Shown: piece after piece, positions 12,001-19,820 of the stretch
How positions within the stretch are numbered: the first letter of the stretch is position 1
Layout: every line of letters starts with the position of its first letter
DNA from: a virus
Virus record (IMG/VR): IMGVR_UViG_3300042888_000580
Span: 12,107-76,106 of that record
Reading direction: 5' to 3' (one strand)
Length of the DNA stretch: 64,000 nt
Position numbers and translations under genes: made by a program
Notes under the pieces: generated by a model
What the model was told of the DNA's origin: nothing
The model's input: only the letters and a program-made list of their open reading frames with translations
The model's database searches: none

Positions 12001-14618
12001 TAGCAACACGATTATATTATGATTCATTTACAGTGGATTGGTTGCTAAAAACAATCACATTAGTAAGTGCATTACCTATAGGCGATTCACTATTAGTAGA
12101 AGTATATGAAGTTGGTAACGGTGATCAATTAGAAAAATCTAATAGTCAAACTGACCCTATTAGACTCAATGATGTTACTGGATTTAATGAAATATACTTA
12201 AACTGTAATTATAGTGCAACACTTACATCTGGATCCGGAGTTATCATACCCGGTACATCACCAATCAATGTTATTGCAACAGAAACAGACAGCACAGAAA
12301 ATTCTATATTATGTGATGATGTACGATATTTCACAATAAATGATCAAATTATATTCTACGGAGATGTGTTTGGGGGGATAGTAGCTGACACCCATTATTA
12401 TGTTAAGACTGTAAGTAACGTAACAAATAAAATCACAATATCAGAAACTAATCCAGGAGGAGTAGCAGGACCTACATTCGTATTAACTAGCGATATAGGT
12501 TCAATGGATATTATAATAGAAGTTGGAAGTGGAGCCCCTTGGACAGATCCTATAGTTTATCACAATGGTACTAAACTTATATTAGGACATACTAATAGAG
12601 TTACTCAAACTTCTAGTGCTACTAATTCCATAACATGTAATACTACTAGTGGCATGGAAGTAGGTGAACCAATTGTGTTTAGCAATACAATTTTTGGTGG
12701 TGTTATAGATCCCCAAGTAATCTATTATATTAAAACAATTATTGATGCTAATGAATTTACTATTTCTGAAACACTCGGGGGTGCAGTATTAGTATTGACT
12801 AATGCAGCCGGTGGTGCGATTGGCATTACTAATGACTATGCCTTTGGTATAGCAGATAACGGCACGTCAGCAAAAATAATATTTGCGGCACAATATGATG
12901 ATACTGCAGATTATCTAACCTATACTGTATTTGGTGAAACATTCCCAGACCAGTATGGATATACTATACCAGAAGTACAAATAATTGAAGGTAACGGGTC
13001 AATTGGGCCATTTGCTCTAACCAACTATATTGGTGATGATAACCCATTAAATGCAGTAGTAGAAATTAATGGAGTTCGTATTACTGACACAGAATACACA
13101 ATTAACGATACAGCAGATACATTGACTTTTACTACATTAACTCCATCATCTAGCGATACTATTGCAGTAACAAGTTATAATCTAACAGAACGTCAAGCTT
13201 TTAATACTCAGTATGATATAACAGGAACTACTGTTTCATCCATTGTCAATATTAATAATGAAATAACAGCACCCATAGTAACAACCTATGTTACTGCAAC
13301 CACAGCAGGTACTAATTTATTAACTTGTAGCGATACTAGTGGATTCATTGTAGATCAAACAATTATATTTCAAGGAACATCATTTGGTAATGTGTTAACA
13401 AACGGCACCGTGTACTACGTAAAATCAGTAACATTCCCGTATGATGGTACATTTACTATTTCATCAACATTGGGCGGCACAACATTTACATTGACGACTG
13501 GTTCTGGGGTTATAATATCATATGTAGGTGGACAACCTGCAGTACGTGTTACTACTAGTAGCCCGCATGGATTAGCTTCTCCGACAGCAAGTGACGAATT
13601 AATAAGAATAGACGGTACTTTGGGCTCAATTCAATTGAACAACAATACTTACTATGTCCACGTGATTAACGACACACAAATTGATTTGTATAATACACCA
13701 TACTTGTCTGCCATAGGTGATGTCAATGATCCGGTTACAAGTATATCTTCATATACATCAGGTGGTTATTTGTGGATAGATGAAATATTTGTAGTTGATA
13801 GTATTTGGGAACAAAATAATGTTGACAGACTATGGGTTACTATTAACGGGTATCGTGTCCCGTCATCATCGTTGTACTTAAATGCTGATAATAACTTGAG
13901 TATTTTGGTATCAATTATTTCAACAGATGATATTACTATAACAAGTATGATATCTAGTGCGACACCAAATCAATTGGTTTATTTACAAAATGTTAATAAG
14001 AACGGAAATGGATCGGTATACAGAGCAAATACTGATACTAGAACTTGGTTGGTTGAACCACTATATTATACAAATGAAATAATATATGTGTCGGATGTAA
14101 CTAGAATTACAGATACTTTAGTACAAAATGTTGTCGCACCGGCAGCAGTAGATGGTATTATAAGTATAGGACTAGATGCTGATAAAAATACTATTTCTCA
14201 AGTAATAGTTTACAATACTACCACAAGTAGTTATGTAAATTCTAATAATTATTCCATAGTAATTATAGATTTAGTTCCAATTTTACAAATAACTGATGAG
14301 GTTACTGTAGGAAATAGCTTAATCATAACTACTATTGAAGGTAATTTAATATATATTAACGGTGAGCAAATTAGATTTAGTACAGTAGATTTAGTTAATA
14401 ATACTATATCTGGGTTACAACGTGGTTCAAATGGTACCGGAATATTAGACTTTATACCGAAGTATTCTGAAGTATTTGGAATATTGTCTAATAATTTATT
14501 ACCTAGCGTAAATTACAATCTGACTTGGAACAGTAATGTTTACAACGTTAATGATGGTGATCCACTACAGATTAGTGTAACAAATGCGGCAATTTTCTTA
14601 AATTCGGGGGAGTCTTAA
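3..14618 (+). CDS. Giant virion structural protein (baseplate/tail-associated), 5'-partial, >4836 aa
   Basis: Frame is open from position 3. It carries FG-GAP-like propeller motifs (FGSAVA, FGYSLS, FGTSVD), about 10 FCCH-like repeats (PIxFxGxxFGGIxxxxxYYV) and a YCF48/BNR-like propeller (IVVVGNNGAIFTSINGSNW). It is T/S/N-rich and lies next to tail genes. Confidence 0.75.
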   Translation: MVSVNVGDIRGQYQSSFYNNPNTTGNVFGANNYRDLGNMVPYGNRIIQNSASLVLPGAFLRKQNQNLFNALMYNGREYITFKTLLVDTINTTDFTERLSPATMLDNALDVITSAKTDSNSFFWSDMLPSKAAYITNTYSFANALDVSIYPLSKIYNFATANYNGVLVYLTNTLGIITQLINGVDYTISSDSPSLTVTLDLAPGDQITIKEYNQTYGSYIPNTPTKLGLYPSTIPTVILDTAYYQPTYFIVGHDGSYNKLYGDYIDGVLIDFRDQVLLEFEKRIYNNLKLSNVIPIQEYEVLPGFFRDTDYSYDEILQIYSTSFLDWVGQNRINYKTQFYSANNEFTYNYNQSGNKINREVIPQGYWRGVYEYFYDTSTPDTSPWEMLGFTDQPTWWETRYGPSPYTSDNLVLWNDLAQGIDWNNGNPVVIPQAIRPELLQVLPVDSEGNIVSPFVSIVGNYSNTSFNRDWIVGDVGPAEFSYRRSSSWPFDLMRILALTKPAEFFNLGVDIDNYKFNEEFNQYLVNDRSHLVISDVEIYGNGTAKTSYINWIVDFEKQVGIDATTNITDLLYNVDVRLVYRLAGFSDKNLLRFYVEKSTANSNNSSLLIPDESYQVLLYDNQPFDKIVYSGVVVQLTNTGYKVYGNSQTNAYFKILAPKINGNYERVSVQGLSVQLARDYYTTPEVVAYGTEFITVQQVSQFLEGYGRYLASQGVLFDQIESGLTVSWRQMVAEYLYWAQSGWEVGSIVNINPASNLISINKDSYIVQPLTLQRQNFILNQNLYPIQSTDLSVIRDGTLFTAQPLNQGDTVAYGQFNISNFEHGIVFDNVTVFDDVIYNLITGLRQNRITLRGAKTAEWNGTIDAQGFVLNQDNVLDWDKTVKYTTGSIVKYKNKYWIALTIIQPKELFEEREWKETDYNEIQKGLLPNTSTRSYESTIYYDVNRANLENDADLLSFSLIGYRPRDYLALVDLTDITQINVYKNFIKNKGTLNAASAFKGANLPQGGINYDIYENWAIKSGEFGGVLNSNFIDFKLNQNLLTGNPSIVGLTNGITTAGVQQEVPLYSLYNYGRPVTSTDVLPLLPTDTPSTLFPYAGYANFNDMRIAAYYYFNLANSTSPRGVLTPLSELYVGQYVWIADYQGTWQVMTPASLGAVVFAKNNLNGTATITFNNPHGLTKYQPFAIVNFNDSLNGYYIVNTVIDLNSVLVNVTLAPSITIVTGQGIGFRFQSQRVDNPSDIIDLPLLNTEFVKNKVWVDTNNDGDWAVYRKSINYTYDSELVKDGSESFGSAVAYTDTLGYLIGDADAGVTYRYSFNVLFDRYDLKQTLTGVASFGTTITYANDIFVVSQPTGTPEVYVYQLVVNTTVDELQSLQSAISAPGGVTEWGRAIAISGDTNWLYISAVTSSTSLVYVYRYSTVTEEYEQSATIDLGLTNADNFGYSLSTDYYGDTVIIGTPDQNYDGSTENWGYTYVYDRTVQNFEAQYTSITYVPQPFTLAWTPSTTSITVTASDATLDRFTCASSSSLVIGDPITFTGTVFGGIALNTVYYVLAKPSGTTFTISTTRGGSTLQLNNGSGSMTATQQDTPLYVSVNGTLIDDSTYFNIGSTITIVQGLNAGDIITVSSNNFVLAQTLTTENTPRIGVQFGTSVDTNTYATEILVGAPFELNSQNQEGVVYRYTNGGGKYGMIIGTTATNITTTRTILVNGYMVVLTAGNATVVATAINQANITNLQATAVDGKLIISLLDNALASPNDKLNVTVLDTATWSELGFSTYTQTQVITDPHVQGTTQFGNVVKFNEFNSFVVSAPTATRYQATTFDSTDDEDYDNDTLFDNNTTQWIDTYANAGAVYMFDYLSVYNESLINCGNFVYAQSTNDINEIYGSQPMYGHAVEFNASRVVIGTPNFKPDTVAGQIITYFNSIGAPDWSVYRSSSPIVDINRIQNIQLYSAITNDTLDNLDYIDPLQGKILGSVRENIDVVSNVDPAGYNSPNNTQGSMVWGSSQVGQIWFNTSTTRFVNYHQNDIVYNSKWWGQIFPGSDVTVYSWITSNTLPISYAGPGTPYNVDTYSIEYTLNATGVLTPVYFYWVRNTNIIFTLRGKTLADSIIQSYIASPINSGISYFVPLEQDIFALYNCANNINANDTVLHIGYSTGTNDDVSHSLYNLIRTNYADDFLPGLPTTNGADVPESLYDRMLDSLCGVDESGAVVPDPFLPKPVQYGIYARPRQSFFVDRLLALKNYLTYANEILSQYPISETRRSLFLFTEGATNPSTVDNPNWSGSVLPFYATPDYWYYINWWATGYDDNTKSALQVPIYADLATINATAGLIVTVAANGDGKSETYVYTNLNTWDRIGLQDGTIEFSSNLWDYATARLGFGDNFFDTTPYDTYPSQETRSIVRALNEEIYTNELLIFRNKSLILLFEFIQSETIESQNYLPWLNKTSFMDVGHTIRELLPLEVFQSDNQDFLAGYINEVKPYHVVIKEFLFKYTGSDLYAGTITDFDLPAQYNTDIQQFITPELVYSNPSGANQYLPSDPIWETAPYSEWFNNYGLGITGVDDYQITVLASYVSLNSPAMAVDNAYGFPINGTILIGDELIGYSNVNRSNNTLSGLTRGVNGTPVTVHIPGEIITINLPAILVLNGGRGYAEPPRVVAYIDTTIYPEPRRVAVLQVVMNLDSILRVDVIDPGDGYAVLPEIIIDPSVSVTFTSDDVNLLSNTISLPSPLLQTGDLITYTIGTSTTPVGGLDVDQYYYVNVLESTPTFVVALYTTYRDAINDSDRVILFDTGLGVNNVLNVSARASCVSTSLPIRENQITLRFDRTTYNSELTDWVGGAFYGSFYAGLYNNSERIASSSIGLQSTQPDIDTILASAAGAVFEIEDVTNVEVIIWSSRTRIVSAINTSTNVITITASDGGASLINSDSITNPTIGFYIGMPIKFIGAVTGNITVETTYYIKSLVDGNKFTLSASISSGVPGAVLSMAGTILGSAGLTGYVGEVTNTAVVTIFYPGILTATATSSITNGISVPLTGSGLGGTTGFYTNLPVFFVGTVFGGVIENERYYVTTVIDDETFTMSTTEDPVMVSVTNTTASTDYITCDDATGLSFNDPIIFNSMSVSGSAVSTFGNIADGTIYYVSAIINDTNFQISTVPNGGTFGLADQAAGTGTGCTGTNQKDIVQLTTATGSMTCNVGLPVSPGQVTGQEFTFYPTSATTVSSPAFTQGNLITRTIKNALADGDYLSLESETGGTTNMYVNMPVRVAASYGGLSTGTTYYVVNIGTVTTEVIQTTSANVLISTGTAGFYVDMPITFTGSTLGGTIENTLYFVKTVNVNGTDFTITDSQGGATLALSNDTGSMTVTGAPYIKVSATLGGGVLALSNASTSTTLTQYPTSSPSFDVSWILGGYSVDITGAGAGYAINNTFTVLGTALGGTTPTNNLVMTVNTIGTNGQVTSLINSGTPPEIVEQYYLKVISTTECEVYSDSQLQIPVTGINFPFTAGDYALLPEPFYFNQSIVKYNNRVYQCIISNNDTEFIFGKWEELRSDSRKLNALDRIVGYYQPTINMPGLDLTQLVDGIIYPNSTYKDNAFPPSEEYTLDTILQDQLFSPTEVDVTSILWNGTTYFAPANSPTYSDITYSTTGTTWLSNKVAGQPIALTDIVYANSKYVMSSQNNVTPILVSIDGIVWTTAGLESGSVSIDNTSLNSVAYFNGIYVAVGDNIVSSGDAYIWLERYRFTDMVLYGVSAITINNFDGFIAVGVGPDYSVIPTITQSVILKSLDGILWTNITPSASAETLYGASSGNNTIVVVGNNGAIFTSINGSNWNDISTGSANLRDIVYSDSLGLFVIVGESGFIGTYDGSTFSVETSGTTENLNSVIWNSDLSEFIVTGNNNVILKSINGIDWTISNIFVTDPTVYDVQGDAFTSGYGPEELVPGVVTDNLTMVVTTRPGTNWDVATYQHVGYNVVSTTLTPITNGQLIFSFDGLVLIPAQLSVFQIDGTTGLATRLYYDSFTVDWLLKTITLVSALPIGDSLLVEVYEVGNGDQLEKSNSQTDPIRLNDVTGFNEIYLNCNYSATLTSGSGVIIPGTSPINVIATETDSTENSILCDDVRYFTINDQIIFYGDVFGGIVADTHYYVKTVSNVTNKITISETNPGGVAGPTFVLTSDIGSMDIIIEVGSGAPWTDPIVYHNGTKLILGHTNRVTQTSSATNSITCNTTSGMEVGEPIVFSNTIFGGVIDPQVIYYIKTIIDANEFTISETLGGAVLVLTNAAGGAIGITNDYAFGIADNGTSAKIIFAAQYDDTADYLTYTVFGETFPDQYGYTIPEVQIIEGNGSIGPFALTNYIGDDNPLNAVVEINGVRITDTEYTINDTADTLTFTTLTPSSSDTIAVTSYNLTERQAFNTQYDITGTTVSSIVNINNEITAPIVTTYVTATTAGTNLLTCSDTSGFIVDQTIIFQGTSFGNVLTNGTVYYVKSVTFPYDGTFTISSTLGGTTFTLTTGSGVIISYVGGQPAVRVTTSSPHGLASPTASDELIRIDGTLGSIQLNNNTYYVHVINDTQIDLYNTPYLSAIGDVNDPVTSISSYTSGGYLWIDEIFVVDSIWEQNNVDRLWVTINGYRVPSSSLYLNADNNLSILVSIISTDDITITSMISSATPNQLVYLQNVNKNGNGSVYRANTDTRTWLVEPLYYTNEIIYVSDVTRITDTLVQNVVAPAAVDGIISIGLDADKNTISQVIVYNTTTSSYVNSNNYSIVIIDLVPILQITDEVTVGNSLIITTIEGNLIYINGEQIRFSTVDLVNNTISGLQRGSNGTGILDFIPKYSEVFGILSNNLLPSVNYNLTWNSNVYNVNDGDPLQISVTNAAIFLNSGES

Positions 14619-14633
14619 ATGATAAATAAATGT

Positions 14634-14783
14634 ATGAATGATAATGAAGAAAATAAAGCTACACCTGTACAGGAATATGGGCCAAAACCCGACGAACATG
14701 GTGGGTTTTACTTCTCATCTCATCTAAAAATAACTGATCCAAATACTAAAGAAGTATTGGTTCAAACAAGAGGCGATAACTAA
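14634..14783 (+). CDS. 49-aa protein missing from the ORF track, similar to the N-terminus of the next gene
   Basis: MNDNEENKATPVQEYGPKPDEHGGFYFSSHLKITDPNTKEVLVQTRGDN; TAAATA 5 nt upstream; TAATG coupling to the next ORF. Confidence 0.7.
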   Translation: MNDNEENKATPVQEYGPKPDEHGGFYFSSHLKITDPNTKEVLVQTRGDN

Positions 14784-15403
14784 TGTCAGTAATAACACTA
14801 TCATATAAAGTAGAAGGGTTCTTAAAGATTTATGACCCCAATAGCGGAAAAGTTCTAGTAGATAAGCATAATGCTATTAACTACGAAAACATGTCTGAGG
14901 CCATTGCTGATACATTAAGCAGTCGTGGTTACGGTGAAATTTATCAGATGGCATTTGGGAACGGTGGTGCAAGTGTAGATGAAACAGGTGTTATCACATA
15001 TCTACCCCCAAATACCACTGGTCAAAATGCGGCACTCTATAATCAAACCTACGCTAAAATTGTAGATGATACTAGTGTTTTTAACTTAGATCCTACAAGA
15101 AATAAAATGACAGTTTCACATACTACAGGTCGTGTTTATACTGACATTTTAGTACAATGTTTATTAGATTACGGCGAGCCTGCAGGACAAAATGCATTTG
15201 ACAATAGTACTCAAACAGATTCAGCTTATGTATTTGATGAATTGGGTCTATTAGCGAATTACGGAACAGATAGTGACGGCAATGTTCTCACAAGATTATT
15301 AACTCATGTGATATTTCACCCAGTACAAAAGAGTTTGAATAGACAAATTCAAATAGATTACACAGTCAGAATTCAAAGTTTGACAAATCTAGTGACAATT
15401 TAA
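14783..15403 (+). CDS. Putative baseplate/tail structural protein
   Basis: 206-aa ORF between structural genes; FDELGL...HPVQKSLNRQIQIDYTVRI resembles tail-collar/baseplate proteins. Confidence 0.55.
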   Translation: MSVITLSYKVEGFLKIYDPNSGKVLVDKHNAINYENMSEAIADTLSSRGYGEIYQMAFGNGGASVDETGVITYLPPNTTGQNAALYNQTYAKIVDDTSVFNLDPTRNKMTVSHTTGRVYTDILVQCLLDYGEPAGQNAFDNSTQTDSAYVFDELGLLANYGTDSDGNVLTRLLTHVIFHPVQKSLNRQIQIDYTVRIQSLTNLVTI

Positions 15404-15434
15404 GATAAATAACAGAATATCGGGATAATTTAAT

Positions 15435-16643
15435 ATGGCATATACGATTGTAAAAAGTGATGGTACAGTACTAACGACCATTGCCGACGGTACTATAAAC
15501 ACAACTAGTACATCATTGGGCTTACCGGGCAGAAATTATGCTGGTTACGGTCAATCACTTGATACCAACTTTGTTCATGCAATGGAAAACTTTGCAGATT
15601 CAACTCCTCCTGCAAATCCATTACGTGGTCAATTATGGTATAATACAAATGCTAGCACACTATGTGTATGTCCTGCTGACGGAACAGTGTCAGCTAGTTC
15701 GTGGATTACACTAGCACAATCAGGTGGGTCAGGTACAACAACATTTGGTTCAGTAACTGTAACTGGAAATCTACAAGCAAATAATATTCAAGCTGTAAAC
15801 AACTCAAATGCCGATATAATCACCACTAGATTATTAACAGTTACAGCTAATGCTTCTATATTAACAGCAAATGTCACAACTGGCAATATTATTACATTAA
15901 ACACAGCAGTTATTACAACTGGATCTGCTAGCACAACCGGAGCAATTACCGGAACTTGGACCTTGACAGGTGGTACAGGTGGTACATCAAATGCTTTCAT
16001 AGTTACCGGTGGTGTTATTAATGCTGTTAATGGTATTAAAACAAACAACTACTATTACGCTAATGGGGATCCATTCAATCCTACAGGAACATATAACAAT
16101 GCCAACGTGTTTGACTATCTGACTGGTTCAAATTCAGTAGCACAATTTACAGGTAACATAGCTCCTACTAAGATTACTACAAGTAATATTGCAGGTGGAG
16201 GTACAATTTTTGGTATTTGGACATTGGGTACAAGTGCTAGATTAAATGCTACATATGCTGACTTGGCAGAGCGTTTTGAATCAGATAGTCCATATGACGC
16301 CGGTACTGTGGTAGAGTTGGGCGGCGATGCTGAAATTACTGCAGTGGTACATGAATTAAGTGAAGATGTATTTGGTGTAGTATCAAACACTGCTGCCTAT
16401 CTAATGAATGCAGCCGCAGGCAATGATGACACTCATCCTGCAGTTGCAGTCGGTGGCAGGATACATGTTAAAGTCACTGGTACAGTCTGTAAAGGGGATA
16501 GACTAGTTTCTGCTGGTAACGGTATAGCACGTGCAGCCAAAGTAGGTGAGGCAACATCATTTAATGTAATTGGTCGTGCATTAGCTAATAAAACTACTGA
16601 CGATATTGGTACAGTAGAAGCATTTGTTTCAATTAAAGGATAA
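15435..16643 (+). CDS. Tail fibre-like protein with a C-terminal intramolecular chaperone-like domain
   Basis: N-terminal GRNYAGYG...ENFA...NPLRGQLWY; T/G/N-rich shaft; C-terminal YADLAERF...GTVV...GVVS...GRIHVKV...KGDRLV. Confidence 0.65.
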   Translation: MAYTIVKSDGTVLTTIADGTINTTSTSLGLPGRNYAGYGQSLDTNFVHAMENFADSTPPANPLRGQLWYNTNASTLCVCPADGTVSASSWITLAQSGGSGTTTFGSVTVTGNLQANNIQAVNNSNADIITTRLLTVTANASILTANVTTGNIITLNTAVITTGSASTTGAITGTWTLTGGTGGTSNAFIVTGGVINAVNGIKTNNYYYANGDPFNPTGTYNNANVFDYLTGSNSVAQFTGNIAPTKITTSNIAGGGTIFGIWTLGTSARLNATYADLAERFESDSPYDAGTVVELGGDAEITAVVHELSEDVFGVVSNTAAYLMNAAAGNDDTHPAVAVGGRIHVKVTGTVCKGDRLVSAGNGIARAAKVGEATSFNVIGRALANKTTDDIGTVEAFVSIKG

Positions 16644-16646
16644 AAG

Positions 16647-17597
16647 ATGAGTTACGCACAATTTGGAACAATTCAAGCCAGTGATTACAATACTCTAGTA
16701 GGTGCGGCTACAGGGGGTACTGCTAACGTATTAAACACCGTTTGGTCTACTGGAAGTAGTGGCGCAGGTTATGGTCAACCTGCTGAAGCAAACGTAGCAG
16801 TAGGAGACACTGTAACTGCCGCAAAATGGGCTAATTTAATTACTAAAACATCAAATTTAGCTAGTCATCAAAGTTCAAGTATTACTAGCGTTACAGCTCC
16901 TGCGTCAGGCAATACAATTACATATAATGCCAATGTTGTAACTAATTTACAAACTACTTACGTAAATAGATTAAATGCTGTGTCACAAAGCGGAACAAGT
17001 TCTAACACAGCTACATACGGTGCTACTTGGCTAAATGCAATAACATTTACACATACTGTTACTTTTGCTAACGGTGATGCGGCACGTTTTTTCTTTAACT
17101 CGGGCGGACAGTTAGCTATTACATGCGCTCATCCAGCTGGATCGGGTATCAATTTATTATTAAACAATCTAGCAAGTAATGTAGGAACTGTTGTATTAAG
17201 TGCACCTACTTCAGGTGCTGCAACCATTGCAAGTACAAGTTACAACGGTGTTACTAAAATTGGTGGAGGCGGATCTACTCCGGTAATATCTACTAATAGT
17301 GGTTATTATAATTTGACAACTAGTAATGCAAATGTATTTTACCAAACAGCTAGTACAGGCCCTTCTGGTTACTTATCAACTAATATCAATATCCTTGTTA
17401 AAACAAATGGTACTCAAGGTAGCAACGGTGACGTAGGTAATGTAATTACTATATCTACAGTTTGGGATGAGATTCCAAACGGACTAACAGTAACAACCGG
17501 ATCGGCTACCACAGTAACAATACGTCCACCCGAAGTTACATATATTGCTAATACATGGGGTACACCATCTGTTACTGGCACAGTAACGGGTAGTTAA
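16647..17597 (+). CDS. Putative virion structural (tail) protein
   Basis: 316 aa, T/S/G/N-rich beta composition, directly after the fibre gene. Confidence 0.55.
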   Translation: MSYAQFGTIQASDYNTLVGAATGGTANVLNTVWSTGSSGAGYGQPAEANVAVGDTVTAAKWANLITKTSNLASHQSSSITSVTAPASGNTITYNANVVTNLQTTYVNRLNAVSQSGTSSNTATYGATWLNAITFTHTVTFANGDAARFFFNSGGQLAITCAHPAGSGINLLLNNLASNVGTVVLSAPTSGAATIASTSYNGVTKIGGGGSTPVISTNSGYYNLTTSNANVFYQTASTGPSGYLSTNINILVKTNGTQGSNGDVGNVITISTVWDEIPNGLTVTTGSATTVTIRPPEVTYIANTWGTPSVTGTVTGS

Positions 17598-17645
17598 TTT
17601 TTATCAACAGCTTGGTATTCATCTAAATACTTCTAGGAGTGTTTA

Positions 17646-17951
17646 ATGGATACCAAAACCTTAATTAGCGAGGCTAAAGCCCGCTTCAATCACAATAGCG
17701 CAAAAGCGCAACTAAAAGACAAATACGACGGCAAATTTATTATTGCTGAACAAGGGGGACTTTGGAAAGCTACCCCTGAAATCATCTCATTTCTAAACGC
17801 AATGGATGATAACTTTATAATTCTTATTGATAACTTTAATAATCCAGTACAAGTTAACCGTGAACAATTACTAACTGTAGTAAAAGAAACATATCAAAGA
17901 GTTATGCTTGATTGGTATAAAGAATGGAAAGAGATTGAGACGGTACGATGA
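17646..17951 (+). CDS. Hypothetical protein
   Basis: 101 aa; TAAATA and AGGAG upstream; ATGA overlap with the next gene. Confidence 0.6.
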   Translation: MDTKTLISEAKARFNHNSAKAQLKDKYDGKFIIAEQGGLWKATPEIISFLNAMDDNFIILIDNFNNPVQVNREQLLTVVKETYQRVMLDWYKEWKEIETVR

Positions 17952-18751
17952 GCAAAGGTGCAATATTATTTGCGTTTAACTCCCCTAAGTTCAATTACTA
18001 TGATATGGCAGTTGCTACTGCTAAACGCATAAATCATTTTTTAAATATTCCAGTAACAATAGTTACAGATGAAGAATCACTTCCATCAATTCAAAACTAC
18101 ACGTTTGATAAAGTTATAGTTACTAATGCTGATAAAAATAACATACGTGAACATAATATTTGGATCAATAAGGGTCGTTATCAAGCATATAACTTTAGTC
18201 CATATGATGAAACTATACTAGTAGATACAGACTACATGGTTAACTCAGATAAACTATTGAGAACCTTTAATATATATGATGACTTTTGCTGCCATGATAC
18301 TACTAGCTATTTGATGCAACCGGGAGTAGCACAAGAAGTGTTAAGTTCATATAGCTTTAATACACTATGGGCTACTGTCGTAACCTTCAAAAAAACTAAC
18401 CGTGCTAAACAAATATTTGAATGTTTAGAAATGGTACAAAAGAATTATGACCATTACTGTGATATTCATAGCTTTGTTGGTGGGGTATATCGTAATGATT
18501 ACGCACTAACACTTGCACTACGTATAGCAAACGGACATAGTGATAATAATCGTGATATTATCCCATGGAATCTAGTACATGTGGGTAAAAACACAACAAT
18601 ATACAGGAACAATGATAGTGAGTTTAACACAGAATATACTGTTATGTATGATAACTGGCAACGTGGCAAGATACGCAAAGAATATATAACACTTAAAGAT
18701 ATGGATTTTCATGTTATGAATAAAGAAAACTTTATGGAGTTAATCAAATGA
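17948..18751 (+). CDS. Glycosyltransferase-like protein (GT-A fold)
   Basis: SPYDETILVDTDY (DxD motif); YRNDYALT. Confidence 0.65.
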   Translation: MSKGAILFAFNSPKFNYYDMAVATAKRINHFLNIPVTIVTDEESLPSIQNYTFDKVIVTNADKNNIREHNIWINKGRYQAYNFSPYDETILVDTDYMVNSDKLLRTFNIYDDFCCHDTTSYLMQPGVAQEVLSSYSFNTLWATVVTFKKTNRAKQIFECLEMVQKNYDHYCDIHSFVGGVYRNDYALTLALRIANGHSDNNRDIIPWNLVHVGKNTTIYRNNDSEFNTEYTVMYDNWQRGKIRKEYITLKDMDFHVMNKENFMELIK

Positions 18752-19494
18752 CCAGAGGTTTTGTAATTATGGCACAGGATACTGAAAAGGTCAGTTATAC
18801 TAAATGTGCTAAAGCATTAGAACTAAGTATTAAAAAAGTTATGCCCAATAGTAATGTAACTATTATTACTAATGACATGTTACCTCATGGCAATTTAGGT
18901 GGTTATCATAATGATTGGCAAGTATATGAAGCTAGTCCATATGATGAAACAATCAAATTAGAAGCAGATATGATTATACCACGCAGTATTGAACATTGGT
19001 GGGATATACTAAATATCAATGATATTGTAGTTTCAACTAATATTAGAAACTTTAAGGGTGAATTATCTGACTGTAGAGTATATAGGAAGTTTATTGATGA
19101 AAATATGTTACCTGACGCATACAATAGTATAACCTACTTCAAAAAATCAGAAACAGCAAAACTGTTTTATACGGTAGTAAGAGATATTTTTGATAATTGG
19201 GAAGAGTACAAAGCTATATTAAAATGCAATCCAAATGAAGAAGTATCAACTGATTGGGTATATGCTATAGCTTGTCACATTATAGGAGTAGAAAAAACTA
19301 CATTACCAAACTTTACTGAAATGAGTATGATACATATGAAACAATATATTAATGGCATACCTAGTGAAGATTGGACTAAAACACTAGTATATGAAGTGTT
19401 ACACAAAACGATTAGAGTAAATACTTATCCTCAGTTGTATCCTTTTCACTATCATATTAAGTCATTTAGTGATAAAATATTAGAAAGTTATTAA
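18748..19494 (+). CDS. Glycosyltransferase-like protein, paralog of 17948
   Basis: SPYDETIKLEADM; FKKS and STDWVYAIA align with the preceding ORF. Confidence 0.6.
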   Translation: MTRGFVIMAQDTEKVSYTKCAKALELSIKKVMPNSNVTIITNDMLPHGNLGGYHNDWQVYEASPYDETIKLEADMIIPRSIEHWWDILNINDIVVSTNIRNFKGELSDCRVYRKFIDENMLPDAYNSITYFKKSETAKLFYTVVRDIFDNWEEYKAILKCNPNEEVSTDWVYAIACHIIGVEKTTLPNFTEMSMIHMKQYINGIPSEDWTKTLVYEVLHKTIRVNTYPQLYPFHYHIKSFSDKILESY

Positions 19495-19820
19495 TGGAAG
19501 AATTTGTAATTTGGGAAGCACCTCCTATTATCAAACCAGAGTTCAGACTATATTATGATGAACGAGGCAATGTGTTATTTTATACTTGTGAAAAACCAGA
19601 AGGTAATTACGTTGTAATTGATGCTAGTACATTTGCTCAAGGTCGCCCTGATCTTAAAGTAATAGACGGCAAAGTATCAGGTGCTATAGCAGGATCAATT
19701 GTATCTAAATTAGTACATGACGATGAAGGTACAAATTGTGCAAGTGAAGATTTAAGTATTGTAGTAGACAGTTCCTATAATAATATAACTAAATGGAAAT
19801 TAAAAACATATGAACTCTGA
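19494..19820 (+). CDS. Hypothetical protein
   Basis: 108 aa, coupled to both neighbours. Confidence 0.55.
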   Translation: MEEFVIWEAPPIIKPEFRLYYDERGNVLFYTCEKPEGNYVVIDASTFAQGRPDLKVIDGKVSGAIAGSIVSKLVHDDEGTNCASEDLSIVVDSSYNNITKWKLKTYEL

